A DNA stretch of 64,000 nt, taken from NCBI GenBank assembly GCA_030704615.1, contig CM060731.1:39866001-39930000 (forward strand). The letters are read 5' to 3'. The notes beneath the pieces are model-generated. The model did not search any database, was not told where the DNA came from, and saw nothing but the letters and a program-made list of their open reading frames with translations. The first letter of the stretch is position 1, and every line of letters begins with the position of its first letter. The translations under genes and the position numbers were made by a program. This DNA is from Takakia lepidozioides. Lineage: Eukaryota; Plantae; Bryophyta. This document shows, one piece after another, positions 37,401-51,600 of this stretch.

Positions 37401-40400
37401 GCAAGGGTCAAGCACATAAAAAAAACCGATGCTCCATCTCCATCTCCTGTATAGGCAGGTACTCAACTTCAGGACAACTCAACAAATTCCTGGCAGATGT
37501 TATGAAGTCAGCAACTCATTACTTACATCATCTCGGAAGATTGGTAGCACCAGAGATTCTTTCAACACCACCTGCACTCCAACAAGGGCAACAGCGCAAC
37601 CATCTAATTGTCAGAAAGTCAACAACTGTACATCAGGAGATGATCCAACTTGACCCCTCTTGCAACAAATCGTCCCTTGCACAAGTCAATCTTTAGAGTA
37701 ACGTGTTCTGATAGAAAGTTGCAGGCATTCCACTTGAATAGGCGAGCAATGGGTAGCATATCGTCACCCTCAGGTACCATCATTTTTGCAGTGTCGAAGC
37801 TGGAGAAACACATGCAAGCAGCCATCCCTGCAAGACAAACACCCAAATTCCAAACCAAAAGCAATTGCCATCTTACCATAACAATGTCAACTGCACCCAC
37901 CCGAAGAAGCTCCATCGGACAAACTAAATATCCAAGCAGGACCCACTCTCGAAATGAATGAGCATGTGCCAATTCTTGTGCTCTCTGCCATTACACATGA
38001 GACAACATCAGTAGATCCCATACATATTGAAAAGAAGCAACTTTTGTTTGTGCAACTGCAGCTGGAATCCGGCGAACAGGTTTACTGTTTCTAATCTGCG
38101 GAGAAAGAAAGGAATAGATTCAATTACAAAAGAAATCTGCAAATGATGTCTAAATCAGACACCGCAACTGTCAAAAATCATCCTGACAATGGTGCTTTAG
38201 GCCAAACATGTGATATTTTCTCTTTTTAGACATCATCGTCAGTTCCACCAAGCCAAAAAGCGCCCCTTTAACATAGACACCTCAGTAGTGCCAAATACCC
38301 ACATAGAATATGTCTCCTGTATAGATATGGAAGAGAAGGAGCCGCCAAGAAAGGCCAAACTGAACAAATTAGGTCACAGCCAAGGCCTCTGCAAGGATAC
38401 CTTCACAAGGAACAAGGACTGCATTTGGCCCCTGAGATGTCTTACAGGACAGATGACTGCAATAATAAATTTTCATCAACATAGAATGTATACACAATAT
38501 GTATGTTCAGACAGAAAAACAGTTTAAATACACTTAATGCTGCTGGCAAGGCCACCTTGACAACTTACTGCAGGGTGAGCAGAGTTGGTCAGTTTCTCAG
38601 GATAACGAGGATGAAACGGGCTCAAAAACCCTTCACTGCGCAGCCTTTGAAAATCTGCTCCAAGGAGCACAGTGGGCCCTATTGCATCTAGAATCTGCAC
38701 CAAGCTGACATGATATTAGATCTACTGGGAAAAACCATTGAAATAATCATGAGCCATCTGACTTAAAAGGCACTGCTGCAGATTGCGAGATGCCCAAAGA
38801 AGTTGGCGCAATGACAAAACCAGCTGAGCAATGCAGTACTACAGCCTCACCCCGGCATCATGTACAAGACAATAAATTGAAGTTGAGCAATCAGAATCCA
38901 CACTCATGTTGCAGCAGATGAAATGAGCGATGGTTTCCTAATATGTAGACACTACCCAAGAACATGTGTATTATCTGAAGGAGACCTCTACCACAGTAAT
39001 TTGACGAGCTGTCAAAGTTAAATTATCGAATACCAGTAGATGTAGATGGGAGCACATACCTCACCTATGCGAGGGCTCACAAAGTTAAGGTCGTCATGCA
39101 ATCCCTTCAAAGGTGGATCATATGAATCCACAAACTGCACCAGTCTGATAGCAGCTGTTTGATTGTTATCAACTTTCTTGATGACAAACAGCAACATATA
39201 TGTGCAGCTGACTTTGACACACATTGTTCGAAGCAAGAAAAGGCTCCCTAACAAGCTGGATGGTGCATGCATACTCAGAAGATTCTCAAACACTAAGCTA
39301 GCTTAGCACCCTAGGTCTTCATAAGATGTGAATCCTTCCTACTGGCAATAGTATGCAGCTTACCGGTGATACGAATCATAATCTCGTCCATTTTTCAGAA
39401 TTGTGTGAGTAAGATTGTACATCTGTAATAGCATTTTGCGGGGTACCTGTCCAATGCACCAGGAGGTTCAACTTAGCCTGAAGGCTGCAGTGATCTCTTG
39501 ACCACAAGTGTGATGACATAATTTCCAATATTCACAACTATTTGAAAGCACACGCAGGAAGGTATATGTGGGGAAGAAGAGGGCACCTTATCGGCCAAAA
39601 GGTTGACCCGCACAAAGGCACAGAAGAGGTCCATGAACACATGCAAGAGCAGAGGGTTTTGTTGCGGCTGCAGACGTACCACCATTTTCATAGTTGGAAA
39701 CAGAACTACCAGCTGATGCAACCATAACTTATGGAAGGGGAAGATGGAAGGGATGTCACCTCTGAGCCCGTTCTATTTATTTTTAATACGACTACCAGAC
39801 CACAAGAAATGGAAGGAAATCTGTGACCAAGCCCGGAAAATAAGCTCTCTTATAATTTGTCTGCTTTGAAAGAAGTTTAGAGTTCCATGAAAGCTTTTGC
39901 AAACTTGCAGCTTCCAAAACAAAGGTCAAGGCAAGCAGATGAAAGGGGCAAAGGAGGGTGCAATACATCACCAGCAAAGTGACCACAGTACTGCTCAGCT
40001 CGAGTATGACACGCAATGCTTGCTCCCGAAACGTCATCAAATCCACCAGAACCTGCCATGGATTGCTGAATCTAATTACCAATACAAGTAGGTGCTTGCT
40101 AACAAGAATACACTTTAAAACTCACAAAAACACTGAAGGCTCACCAAAAGTCAAAGAAAGGGTGGTTTCACAATCTCATAGAATTTCCTTTGTTTGTCCG
40201 GTAAAGCATCATAGGAGTAACTTCAATAAAAGCCCTCTTGGACTTGAGCCCATTACTTTCCATGCCAGCCAGGAAAAAAACCAGCTTCCCGGAGTGGTAT
40301 GGCTACTTACCAAAAGCCATGGCTCTAGAGTTGCGACATATTTTCCCGCATTCTCATGTAGACTGTCAACACCAACTTTGTCAACCTGCAATGTGCCACT

Positions 40401-41031
40401 CGAAGGACAGTCAACAACAGTAGAGAGTACTTCACAGCCAAGTTTACACAGCTTCAGCAAAATTTCTGCTGATCAAGCTTCCAACGTGGCTGCCAAAGGG
40501 CTCGAAAAAAATTCAAGCCAAAAGTCAGCCATCAATGGCGCTGTCCCATATGCTCAAGATTGGGTGGCTGGTATGAAGGGATTGTCGCTGCACCTTTTCG
40601 AGTTGTAGCTTGGCAGGATGCTCTGGAAATTTGCGGGCAACATGCTGACACAGCTTTGGCAGATCTGGAAAGACACCACTTTTCCAAAAAGCATCGGAGA
40701 AATGCTGTGAACCACTTTCAGGGCCACCTAGTAGTTGGTGCAGGCGGTACAGCTTGGTCATCAAACCCTGCGCCACATGCTGTAAATGAATTACCCATTC
40801 AATTTGCCGCACCTTATGCACAGTCTTCCCACTCGACTGCCCACGGGGTGTGGTCCCAGATCGTCTCAAACGAGGCGATGCCCCAGGTGTATTTCCAGCT
40901 GTACTGTTCTGTACAGCCTCCTGGCCATTCCATGCCTCCTCCCCATCACCAGACCTGGATGGTGAGTCCACATTGTTCTGTTTCACCAGCTTGCCCAGAA
41001 ACTGCTGGCCACCTTCCCCCTCCAGCTCCAT
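28420..41031 (-). CDS. NAP1: NAP1 / Nck-associated protein 1 homolog, SCAR/WAVE complex subunit (about 20 exons)
   Basis: Exons traced with GT-AG sites encode LHVFMDLFCAFVRVNL, YDPPLKGLHDDLNFVSPRIGE, REWVLLGYLVCP, FGPEGRPQHCCAWLG, ELKAFVRIFGPYGVD and AKLVFLDQLCELSQYLPRSTLE, all characteristic of plant NAP1. Confidence 0.96.
29572..30650 (+). mobile_element. 5'-truncated non-LTR retrotransposon (RT C-terminus and CCHC finger) in a NAP1 intron, antisense to the gene
   Basis: Translation IRPALEYGSAIW..LESIQ..TANVAVRGEFG..RR, then KFKLRAGS..CPLCGQSEDSIHFLIHC. It has a short ATCT-like tail and a candidate 6-bp TSD ATGCTC (29566-71 / 30651-56). Confidence 0.85.
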
Positions 41032-43389
41032 AATTCCAAATCTTCAGACTGACAAAAGAAATGTGTTAGATAGATCACCCTGCCAATCTTGCACACTGAA
41101 GTGCTGCGGTACTTTTATTTCAAAGCTCCTTGTTAGAAGCCGTGGCAGTTAGACATATAATACATTCAACAGTACCTTCTTTTCTTTCTGTAAAGTAGCT
41201 TAAATGAAGCACTTGTGAGACAGTCGAATTTGCAGGTTCAATTCAGATGCAGTGATTCAAATGAGGTCACTGTGGACCACCTTATAGGGAGGCCTTTAAT
41301 ATGGTTACCCCCAGGCAGTGAGAGAAGACTCTAGCTGAAGTCAAAGAAATTAGCCTCTTCCACTAACATGTACTGTCCCCCTGTCCTGGTGGGCCCGACA
41401 TGCCCCAGGCACTACAAAGAGAGGCCAAGCTCACAGAAGGAGAGGATTAGCACTACCATCCTAAAACAAATTAGAACTTAAACAATACAGTAGTACTCCT
41501 CACAAGTCTATGGGCAATGCGGCAGGACTAACTAGCCACATTGCTGTTCAAGGACCGCATTAGAGAAACTTTTCTGTAAGAAAGCAAAGAAAGTGCCCGT
41601 AGCAGAGAGCATTGGAAAGTGAATCTTCGAGAGGGTCTAGGGGTGTGTGCTTCTGCGGGTCGGTCTGTCCTAGCTTGTCAATATACTCGAAACCAGTGGT
41701 CACACTGGCTCAGTTTGTCAGACACATTAAAAAAGAACATTAAGAAAATCCCTCGGATTCGCAACTGATGCGACACACTCAAAACCGTTGCAACAGGCAG
41801 TACGGTACGGTAGGTCCTTCTCGAAGAGGCCACACATTGAAGCTGCATATGCCCATGTTCCTCGGGAAACCATTGCGCTCAACAGACCCAATGCCAAACG
41901 AACTCTCTTACCAGCAATTGCCGACTCTTGCTGGCAGCCAGCCAACCTACATTACTATGATGTGCAAACCGATATCATTATTCTACAAGTACGCAGCAGG
42001 CTTGCCAGATCACCGTGCGATCGACCGAAATATCCAATACGGACCACAATCACAGCCAGGGAGGAATTCGTTTCACCAATACACGAGAAGCAACACGAAC
42101 ATCAAAGCCAGAAAACACAACCGCGCAATGGGAGAAAATCCCCCAGCACCACTACAAAGCTAAAACAGTACACAGACGTCAATGAACCATACAACCGCTA
42201 ACGACCAGCTGTAGAGAGCATTAGGTCATCAGACAAGCTCGAAATAAGGGAAGCAGTGGCACGCACCGGTCTAGAACCACAGCGGAATGTCGAACATGAC
42301 GAGGAAAGCCCTCTCAAATCAGCTCAAATCTCACATCCGGGGGCCGCTGTGCGAGATAGCTCCAGCAGCTCACAACAGTGCCATTCTGCACACTGCAGAT
42401 CAACAGCTCCTCCTCACCTCATCACCATCTCTGCTCTCTCTGCACTGCTCTGCAGTCCTCCTCAGGCTCTCACAGCGGGCTGGTGGTAATAGGTTAATAG
42501 TTACTAGTCACCCTCTGTGGGTAAGTTAGATTTCCTAGAGAAAGTCAACACTAAACACAACATTCTAATTTCTAAAATTAAAGGAAAATGGAAATGAGAT
42601 AAGAGCTGTATGAGGCTACTGGTGAGTCAAGGGCAGGAGTAGGCCCTGGAATCCAAGGCCAACAGAATCGTTGCACATCCATCCCGAGTTCATCCCGGAA
42701 AGTGCGTTCTAGGGGAAGTAGTATGCGGGACCAGGCAAGCCGCGGTGGGGAGGGGGGTGGCGAAAGGCGAGGAGGGACTGGGAGGGACGAGGAAGAAGCG
42801 GGCAGGCGGGGACTGAAGGGAGGTGGTATGTAGGGGGGGTGGGACGTCCCGAGGCATGGCCTCCCCCCGACCAGGTTTGCCTCCCCTCACCTCCCTCCCG
42901 GACGAGCTCGAGCGCAATGCCGCCCCCTGTACGCCATGCGCATACTCAAGCCTGGGATCGCTGCAAGAGAGCGGGCTCATTGCGACCTCCCGATGAAAGC
43001 CGCGGCTGTTCCAAAGCTCAATCGGTTGCGTCCAGTGGTTGGCTTGCCAGTGAAGGTTGTGTCGACTGCGTGTGTGTGGTGCATTTGTACGCTGGAGTGG
43101 TCTTTGTGTTTTGGAAGCAGACGGTAGCTCAGGTTATGAAATCGAAGGATGCGCGATTGTTGTTGACTTGCGAGTGGAGGTGGTGTGGAGAGTGTTGTGT
43201 CGGGTGGAGCATTCTGGAAGCGGGAGTGGTGGTGGCCTTTCCCCGTGTTTCGAAGGAGCAGGCGGCGAGTCTGGTTAGAGCGCCCAACGTGCGATTGTGG
43301 CGGCTTGGTGGCCTGAAAGTGGAGGTATTTTAGAGGTTGAGCGTTTACAACTCGAGTGGACCGCACCAGCGCGTTGCTCACCTCTGGTT

Positions 43390-46300
43390 ATGAAATCGAG
43401 CTCCAGAGCTCCTGCTTTGCTGCATCCTGCTCCGGGTTGTGCAAAGATCCCGTATGGCAGGCACTGCTGGCGTCTCGCATTCATCAGTCTTGTGTTTGGT
43501 AAGTCCTGTCCAGACTCCAACGTAGGGAGGCAGATGGTAGTTAACTGGAATTGTGAGTCAACGATCAGTTTAGACTAGTTGCTGTCATAATCACCCGTGC
43601 GGTTGTCTTTCAGTTCAATGTAGGAGCTCGGATTTGTCAGTGCTGTCTCTACAGCTCAAAGCCTCCAGAATCAATTCTTTCCGCCTTCACTGGTAAGGCA
43701 GGGCTGTTGCCCGGTAGGTTCATATGCAGCGAGTTCAATGCTGCAGTCATGATACCGCCAAAGACACTGTTTCAGATACAAAACTCGAGTCTTGCTCACT
43801 CGTTCACATGTTGACCACCGAAGACAGGATATCTTCTGGAGCAAAGAAATTTTGGCTTGGACTCAGCAGGGGGATAATTGAATTCGTTGCTCCATATCCT
43901 ATGGATAATTGAACTCATGAAAAATGTTTTATCAGGTTTCCTTGGACGCCAGTCTTTGGCATCGGCTGAAGGTACCGATTTCTCTCCAAACATCACTGTA
44001 TCGGCCGACAACACCTGTTTGAAGGACACTGTACAACAAAGGAGTTACAATTTCTATTCTATTGATGTAAAAAACTGCGGCGATAATACTTCAGGTTATG
44101 TCGGAGTTGAGGCGCGAATCATTACCAACGATACAGGCAGTGGCGGTCCAGAATGGTCTTTGATGGTTAACACAGAAGGCCGGATGCCAATATATGGCAC
44201 GAATGATGTCCCTAGCACTGGGACAACTGCTGCCCATATCAGAAGAGGTAATATGTTGTTTACCTGCTTATTCTACTAACTGTCTTGGTTCTTTTGGATT
44301 CGGCACTTTCTATTTGAATAATGGGATGCTATGTCAGCGGACTCCTAGGCCTCGAGGGTATATATTTAGGAAATGTAGGTAGATGTACCACGACAAACAA
44401 GCTTGTGATATTGTTGAATGGAAGTTCTCCGAAGATATGACACTAGCAAGGGACAAGATAAAACCCTCTTGCTTTCCTGAAAGCCAGTATGCGCCGCCTG
44501 TGGACCTGCCCTGTTGCTTAGGGAGTCAATGTACAAGCACACAGATTGAACTCATTGAAAGTTTGGTCTCTTGCGAAAATCCTGAAATCAGAGCACCTGA
44601 GACTTTTAGTCCCAACATTATTCTTTCCGGTGACAGGATGGAATGATGGTTGAGGTTCTCACCATCAGGAGATACCTTGGGAACTCTTGAACAGTCTTGG
44701 GTAGTCCTAGGTAAACTGTGTCTTGTCCTGTGGTTGTGGCTGTCAAGTTTTGTACAGTTAGCAGAAGTGTGAGGTGTAGAAGTTGCAGAAGAGTAAGGTG
44801 CTGTTTTACTAATTCTTGTTCTTGGATGGCAGTTTCTGATCAGTCTTATGGTCAACTTTATTTACCAGTGCAGTCGGGTGACTCGCCTCCTTGGTACGCA
44901 AGTGTATACAGTGTGACTAGCCCTTTGGAATTCACATTGAAGGTGTGGTGCTCAGGTACGCATATTTCTCTCAAATTGTGGTGCCACTTTTCTTGCTCCT
45001 GGTTGAAGCTGAAAAATTCCTGCTTATTGCATGGACTATTCCCAATAGTGTCCTCTACTAATAATTTGTTGCCTGCTGAAATTATCTGCCCTCCTAGGCA
45101 TGTACAGCAATCCAAGCAGGATGTGTGTCTTCTGCAGTCTCTGATGCGCCTGCTGTACATGTCTATTGTATGATCCCTGTGCAGCAACCAATGGGTGTGT
45201 CCTAAGCTGCAGTGATCCAGACAGTGGGCCTTGTGTAAGTGTGGAGACTTGCCGCTGTGTCAAAGGTCCAGAGGACACGACCTGTGATATAGGTTAGTGA
45301 TGGCATTGTCATGAGTTTAATTGTTGGAGCGGTGGACATCATCTGGTTGCAATGCTTCAATCAGGATTTGCCAGTTGGGTGAGAATTCTGAAATTTGGGA
45401 GTCCAGGACATGATGAACTTGCAATTGGTGCTCACATGCATATGACAGTGGTGACAGATGCTCTCTGTTGTTTTAGTAATCAGTGCTGACTTAGAGTGTG
45501 CCTTCTACAGATGTCAATGCGCTGCCAGGAGAGAACGACACACTACAATCAAATGGACAGTTCATAGTACACAATCAGGAATCCTTGGGACATGGTGAAT
45601 GGAAGTATTTCAAATTTGAGGTATAGCTTTTCTTGACGATGGACAATCCTTGATCTGGCACTTGAGTTGGTTGACTGACCATGTGTGTTGTGTTACCCAT
45701 ATATGGATCTAGCACCTGACAAGGAAGTTATTTTCTATCGGGCATATTCTAAGGACTGATTTCATTCTGGAACTTGCATTGGACAGCTAGATGTACATCC
45801 GAAAGGTAAAAAAGCAGTGTTGGGCGATTCTTTGATTTACAAGGGAACCTACGGTTCCAGTTTGGATGTTGGGGGGGCTGCTAGAGATCCGCAGGTGCCG
45901 GGGGTCCGAAAACTCCATTCTATTTACCTTTCCAGTTCCTATTAAGTTTCAACTTTTTCCGTACATGTCCGGGACACTTCTTTGACCTCCCATCTGCGCT
46001 CTGTTAACCTGAAGAGATTCATGTTCAGAGTGGTGACTATGACATAGAATAGGAAATTTGGTTTTTCCTCTGCACTTCTCGCACCACAGAGGCTCCCTGT
46101 AAACGGTGTGATGTTGTTGGATTCACTGAAGTGGGTCTAGTTGGCAGGTGCCGCAGTACAACAGCCGTATTTTGGTGGAAATGTCACGGTGGTATGGCGA
46201 TGTTGTGCTCTTCTTGAAGCCTGAGGGTGAGGGTTCTGGAGTCGGTGCATTGCCTTCAGAAGTTGATTTCTACCAGTATGCAGATGTCAAAAGTTTTCAA

Positions 46301-48696
46301 AATCGGCTTAGCCATCATTACATCTACACCACCGGATATGGCAAATATTATATTGGGGTTTTCAACAGCGATTCGTGTGTAAGGGAGGACACTTTTTTCA
46401 ATCTCAGTATCTCCATTGCTTCTTCAGAAAGTTCTATGAGCTTGTGCCCGGTCAACTGCTCCTTTCCTAACGGAGTGTGGGTCAGCGATAATGTTTGTCA
46501 ATGCCAGCCTGGTTATGGAGGATCCTTCTGCGAAGGATGTGAGTGCCTGGACTATCTTCTAAATCACCTTCATCAGTTTGCACATGGTGTCATGGCTCAT
46601 GCTTATCCTATATGTCATGTTAGGCTTATGTCGAGCTAGAAAGTTCTGGAAGTTCAACTGCAAGCTAGGGGTAGTAGAATGAGGGTCATCGTGAGAAGGA
46701 ACTTGCTTTCTTGAACATATCATACCTCAGCTGCTATCACACTGTCATGTCATTCATGAATTGTACTCAAATTTTGGGTGATTATCATCTTGAAAACGTA
46801 TCATGGATTAGCAGCTGGTGGAGCTTGTGCCTTGGGGACATTTATCATGAAAATAACACCGCTACTGTTGACTTGTTCGTTTGACTTGTTTTTTGATCAG
46901 CAGCATTTTGGTCAGCACGGCCTAAGAAAATGCTTAGCGGTCAGTTCCATCCGGGTCAGTGGGCTTACTACAATCTAAAACGCAGTACTTTGCCCTCCTC
47001 GGGCAATTTTTCAGTCAAATTTACCAATGTTGGGGGTCATCCAATATTAAGGGCGAAGCAGGGAGGATATCCAACACTGACAGATTACTATGTGAAGTTC
47101 ACTGATGCAACTCTGAGGTCTGCTTCCAGCCCCACTACCCACGTCGACAGGGATTCTATGCAGGATGGAGATTTGATTCTTGCTGTCTTCAATGTTGACT
47201 ACCTTATACAGGGAGAGTCTCAATATGAAATTACAATACTAGGTAAAGGCATTGGAAAGCAGTGTTTGTTTGTCGTTTGGGGCCTGGAGTTGCTCACTCT
47301 TTGCTCGTAACTCCATTCTTTTGGCTGGCATGGTGGTGTGAAGTAGAGTTGGGAGTTTTTCCATTTGTTGGTAAAACCATGATGGCAGTGCCTCTGTTCT
47401 CACTACTTCTTTCGAGGGGAGGATTTTGACTGAAGTGTTGTTGTGTTGTGTTTACAGGTCCTTTGAAGGGTTTATTGATATGGATCATTCTTGTGGTGGC
47501 TATTGTTAGTGCGTTGGTTGTGCTTGGTGCAACAGTTGCATTTAGATTTGTGATGCAGCGTTCGGGGAGCCGCAATGATTCTGATCTACGGCTTGATTTT
47601 GAGGGCACACAAAACAGTGAGGTATGTGCATTTCTGTGTACCGAGTTACTTTGCAAGGAGACAAGGAGACAACTTACTTGACAAGTTACTCACAAGGAGA
47701 CACTTTAGCGGGTGTGGTCTTCAGAGAATGCCAATCTTATGATTTGTTGATTTGCTGGTAGCATTTCAGTCCGTGGCACAGACTAATGTTGGATGCACTG
47801 ACTAGATGGCTACTCCCGTCGGCCTCTCTAGCCTTAGATGGAGTGGGCTCGCTCCTGCTTGTTGGGGAACCTTGGTGTGATATTGAATTTGTATACAGAG
47901 ATCTTCTCGGAGGCTCGAGGAAGAATGTTCAAGGGTATTGAAGAGGTTCTGGGCTGTTGAGTGACAAACAGTGCTTGTGTTCACAGGTTATGCTTGAAAG
48001 GCAGGGCTTGGACAGCTTGGTTGTGAGCACATTTCCATTGCTGTCCTTCAACGAAGGCATGCTTACAAGAGAGGAAACCAGGTACTTTTCCACCCTATTA
48101 TGTTTTATTGTCATTTTCTTGTGTAGTCCTCTGCAAACATCCATTTCATATTATTGGAAAAGTACACCATCTCCATACCAGATGAGTACCATTTTCAGAG
48201 CGACATGTTTCAGGCCTCTCTTAACTTCTGTTTTCCTAATTTTTGGCCCTCATCCACGTCTTTTTTGTTCACCACTTCCATCTGTAGGAGCATTTGCAGC
48301 CTTCTGGTGTTCCTGATAGTCCAGCGGTTTGTAATAGCATCTGATGTGGAGGCATGTTTAAGACCTTTGGTGCAGCTGCTGAGGGGACCTTAACACTCTT
48401 GTGATGCTATCAGTTGCTTGGTTTTTTTTTTATCCCCCAAGTTATTGTAACTGACAGTCATTGTTTACTACTGTCTTGTCTTTCAAACTGTCCTCAGGTG
48501 TTCCATTTGTCTAGCTGATTACAATGTCCCTGAGCTGCTGCGCCGTATTCCTGCTTGCCGACATGTTTTCCACGTCGCCTGTGTAGACAATTGGTTCCAA
48601 GGCCACTCTAGCTGTCCACTTTGTCGGATCTCCTTACAAGACAGTCACAGACATTCAGGAAGACTAAGTTCACAGTCCATGGAGCACTATCCGTGA
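43390..48696 (+). CDS. Type-I membrane RING-H2 (ATL-like) E3 ligase with a large EGF-containing ectodomain, ~650 aa
   Basis: Phase-consistent 10-exon model of 1953 nt: 43390-43498, 43936-44247, 44833-44955, 45185-45292, 45511-45620, 46148-46538, 46901-47242, 47458-47621, 47987-48081, 48498-48696. It encodes a signal-like N-terminus, two EGF-like modules, a TM helix, a GLD motif and CSICLADY..RRIPACRHVFHVACVDNWF..HSSCPLCR. Confidence 0.85.
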
Positions 48697-51600
48697 AAAA
48701 TGGAGTGGTTCCTGGAAGAGGGATCGGACTCACAAGCCTCTTCCAACGGCAAGCAGCCCTTTGATTTGCCCCAGGTTTCTCCCTTCCACTGGCTTCCAAA
48801 GATAACCAGCCTGTTTCTAAGAGCAGATCGATCTAGTGGATAGTTTCTTCCAGTCTCCTTTCAATGTATCAAATGACACGGGTATTGCTGCGAACAATGT
48901 AGACGAACATGTGAGATGCATGTTTGTAGCATGGTACATTTATGTTCCTTCCTCTAGGAGACCCGTTGGATTTTGATTAGACATTTTTGGTAACTGACAT
49001 CAACATGAGGGTAAGAGTGTATTTGTTTCTTCTCATATGTGGTTTTGATTGTCTGTGCTGTGACTTGCAGATGATTTCCTATCGAGGATAAGCTCGTTGC
49101 CATGGGAAGAATGGGTTTAGTTGCAGGTCTAGATCTGATCTCCTGCAAGGGTTTGCACCTATGAAGTGACTTTTCTTTAATGGAGCCCATGCTGTATTCT
49201 ATTATGTGATTTTCTGTCCATGGGATATTTTGCCCTACAGGAGGGGTTGTCCTTTTTCCCAAATCTTTTCTTCTTTACACAGTTCCGCTGGGAGTAGGAT
49301 GCACAAAGTTCAGGTGATGGAAGGAAGAGTTTTTGGAAATTATGTTGAAGCATTTTTTCCTGAGTCAGAGCTTGTCAGCATGAGAAGATAGCTCCTTGGA
49401 AAGCGGGAATTCAGGCTCCCATGCATGAAAAGTAGTTTCCGCCATAGAGATTCCGGTGTGCTGAAAATCATGGTGTAGATCCGGTAAGGTTTGTGATTTT
49501 TGTGCCAACAACTAGGTCCAATATCGGCGTTATCAAGCATACCCATTCCATTGAAGTGCAGTTTAGGAAATGCTTGCTGGAGCTACCATACTAAAGAAAT
49601 CTGGGCAATAAATGACCAATGGACTTTGGCCACATCCCAACCACGAGCAGCCAGCGAACATCACAAGCCAATAGGTAATGTGTGGAGGTAATCTGCCCAC
49701 TTGCCTGCCAGACATTTAACCCATCTTGTCCAAAGAAGTCGAGAACAATTGGTGGTTCTAGTGTGTCTGGAGGGAAGTAATTTGGGTACTTTTTCAGAGG
49801 GTACTCAGCTGAGTATCAAGTTTTTAGGATGTGGACAAATTTGTTGCAAACAAATTCACTTATTTGAAGAAAGATGTGCAGGTGTAGAAACATATCTATC
49901 CACAAGATGTAAATCTGTTTTCTTAGCATTCAAGTCCATCATCTCCAGAGTCTACCTTGCAAATGTGTTGGTTTTAGGTGAGTAGTATGCACCTAGGACT
50001 AGGATGCGACTCTAATGAGAGGCGAGAGGCATAATAGGGGGGTTTATAGAAGAATACTCTGTACCTACTACCTACCCTTTAGAGATTAGAGAACATTCAA
50101 ATTTCTTTCAGACAGGCGCATTGTCACGCTCAGGTGAAATGGTGTCGTTGTGGACTCATTCGCGGTACGACTCCAACAGGGTGTCTATGGAAAACAACGG
50201 CTTACCAACTCGTACACTCTCTCTCCATGTACCAGCTTTGATGTCTGATCTCTGAACCGACAAAGTTATCTGCCTGAAGGTCACGCTGTTAATGCGGCAA
50301 CACAGAGTCGGCTCGGCTCATGATTACGGTCACAATCCACAAGTACAGTCGTTAGCAAGAGGGTAAGGAAAAGCTGCGTGCTGGAATCGGGACGATGGGC
50401 ATCAACCTCCCATCAACCAATCCGCCGCGATTTCCAGATTTGAGGAACAACCAAATCCCAGACATATTGTCACATTGTTTCTATGATGAGCCGTGCTGCC
50501 AGCTAGATGCATCCCATGTCCAGTTGGTTTTCTCTGGCGATGGTACGGGCACCAGCTTGGCCGTTCACGGAGGATGATACGACAACGGGACACGATGTGA
50601 TCGCCATAACAGTCACAAGCATCAAGCAACGCACGTCAGTAGTACGGTCAATACTCGCAGCGCACGCTTTTCACTACAGAGTTCGCACGCAAAATGCTCC
50701 AAGAACTAAATAGGTTTATCGAGTTGTCTGCAGAACTAATCTCGCAAACATGCAACTCCACACTAGTATTCTCTAAGTAGCTGCTTAGAGTGTTTGTCTT
50801 GGCGTTTTGATTAGCCCTTTGGATTCGTGTGGGATGCCGTTTTTAGATACCACAGTCGAGGAAAGAATGCAAGTAGGTTTTCAGTATTGAGGGTGATTAC
50901 TACGATAATGACCGAGTGCCTTTTCACTGATGACCAGATTGAGCAGCCGAGGGTTAAAGCTACAAGCTATGGCCGCTGAGCTTCGTTTGAATCGTCTTCC
51001 CTCCGCCATGCTCATCCTCAGGCCTCTCTGCAAGATTCCTTTTGTAAGGAGTTTGGTTCAGTTCTGTTAGAGTCGAGACTTTTCGGAAGACTGCCATCTG
51101 CGATGTCCGGAGCTTGAACTGCCGCCAGAATTGCACGATGGGATATACGAAAGCAGCTTTATGTCGGGGGACGATTACTAGGGAGGTTACTTCCAACAGC
51201 GACGGTTTCGTGTATTTCTGGCAAGCAATTCAAGCTCGGGAGGTTGTAGATTCAATTTCAAGAGTGGAGAATGAAGAGAAACAGCCGAACCAAAAGAACC
51301 CCCTGGCATCTCCCCTCGAATTTGGACCGAAGCCTTGAGCACCATGTAGAAACAAAAGCGGAAAAAAAGCAACCATGTGCTTTAAGGTGGAGGGTGGGAA
51401 AGCGACACCTTACAAAAAAACATGAACAAAAGAACGCATAACCTGTTGGCCTCGCAACGCTCAAGCCTTCCTGCCAAGATTTCCACCCTCTCCCCTTTTA
51501 AGTAGTCGAGAGGCCATGCTCCCCACACAAATTGAACATAAAGCACTCCTCTCTCTTCATCATAGTAATGCTTCAGCTTTGCTGATATCCATTCCTTCCG

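Noticed and set aside
28420-41031. Possible non-canonical (AT-AC) introns in NAP1
   Set aside because: All junctions I traced were GT-AG.
44383-44646. 87-aa Cys-containing ORF inside the RING gene
   Set aside because: The exon model is phase-consistent without it and I found no convincing splice sites.
50480-50640. Short minus-strand ORF with a signal-peptide-like start
   Set aside because: It is only ~40 codons, with no family motif or supporting structure.
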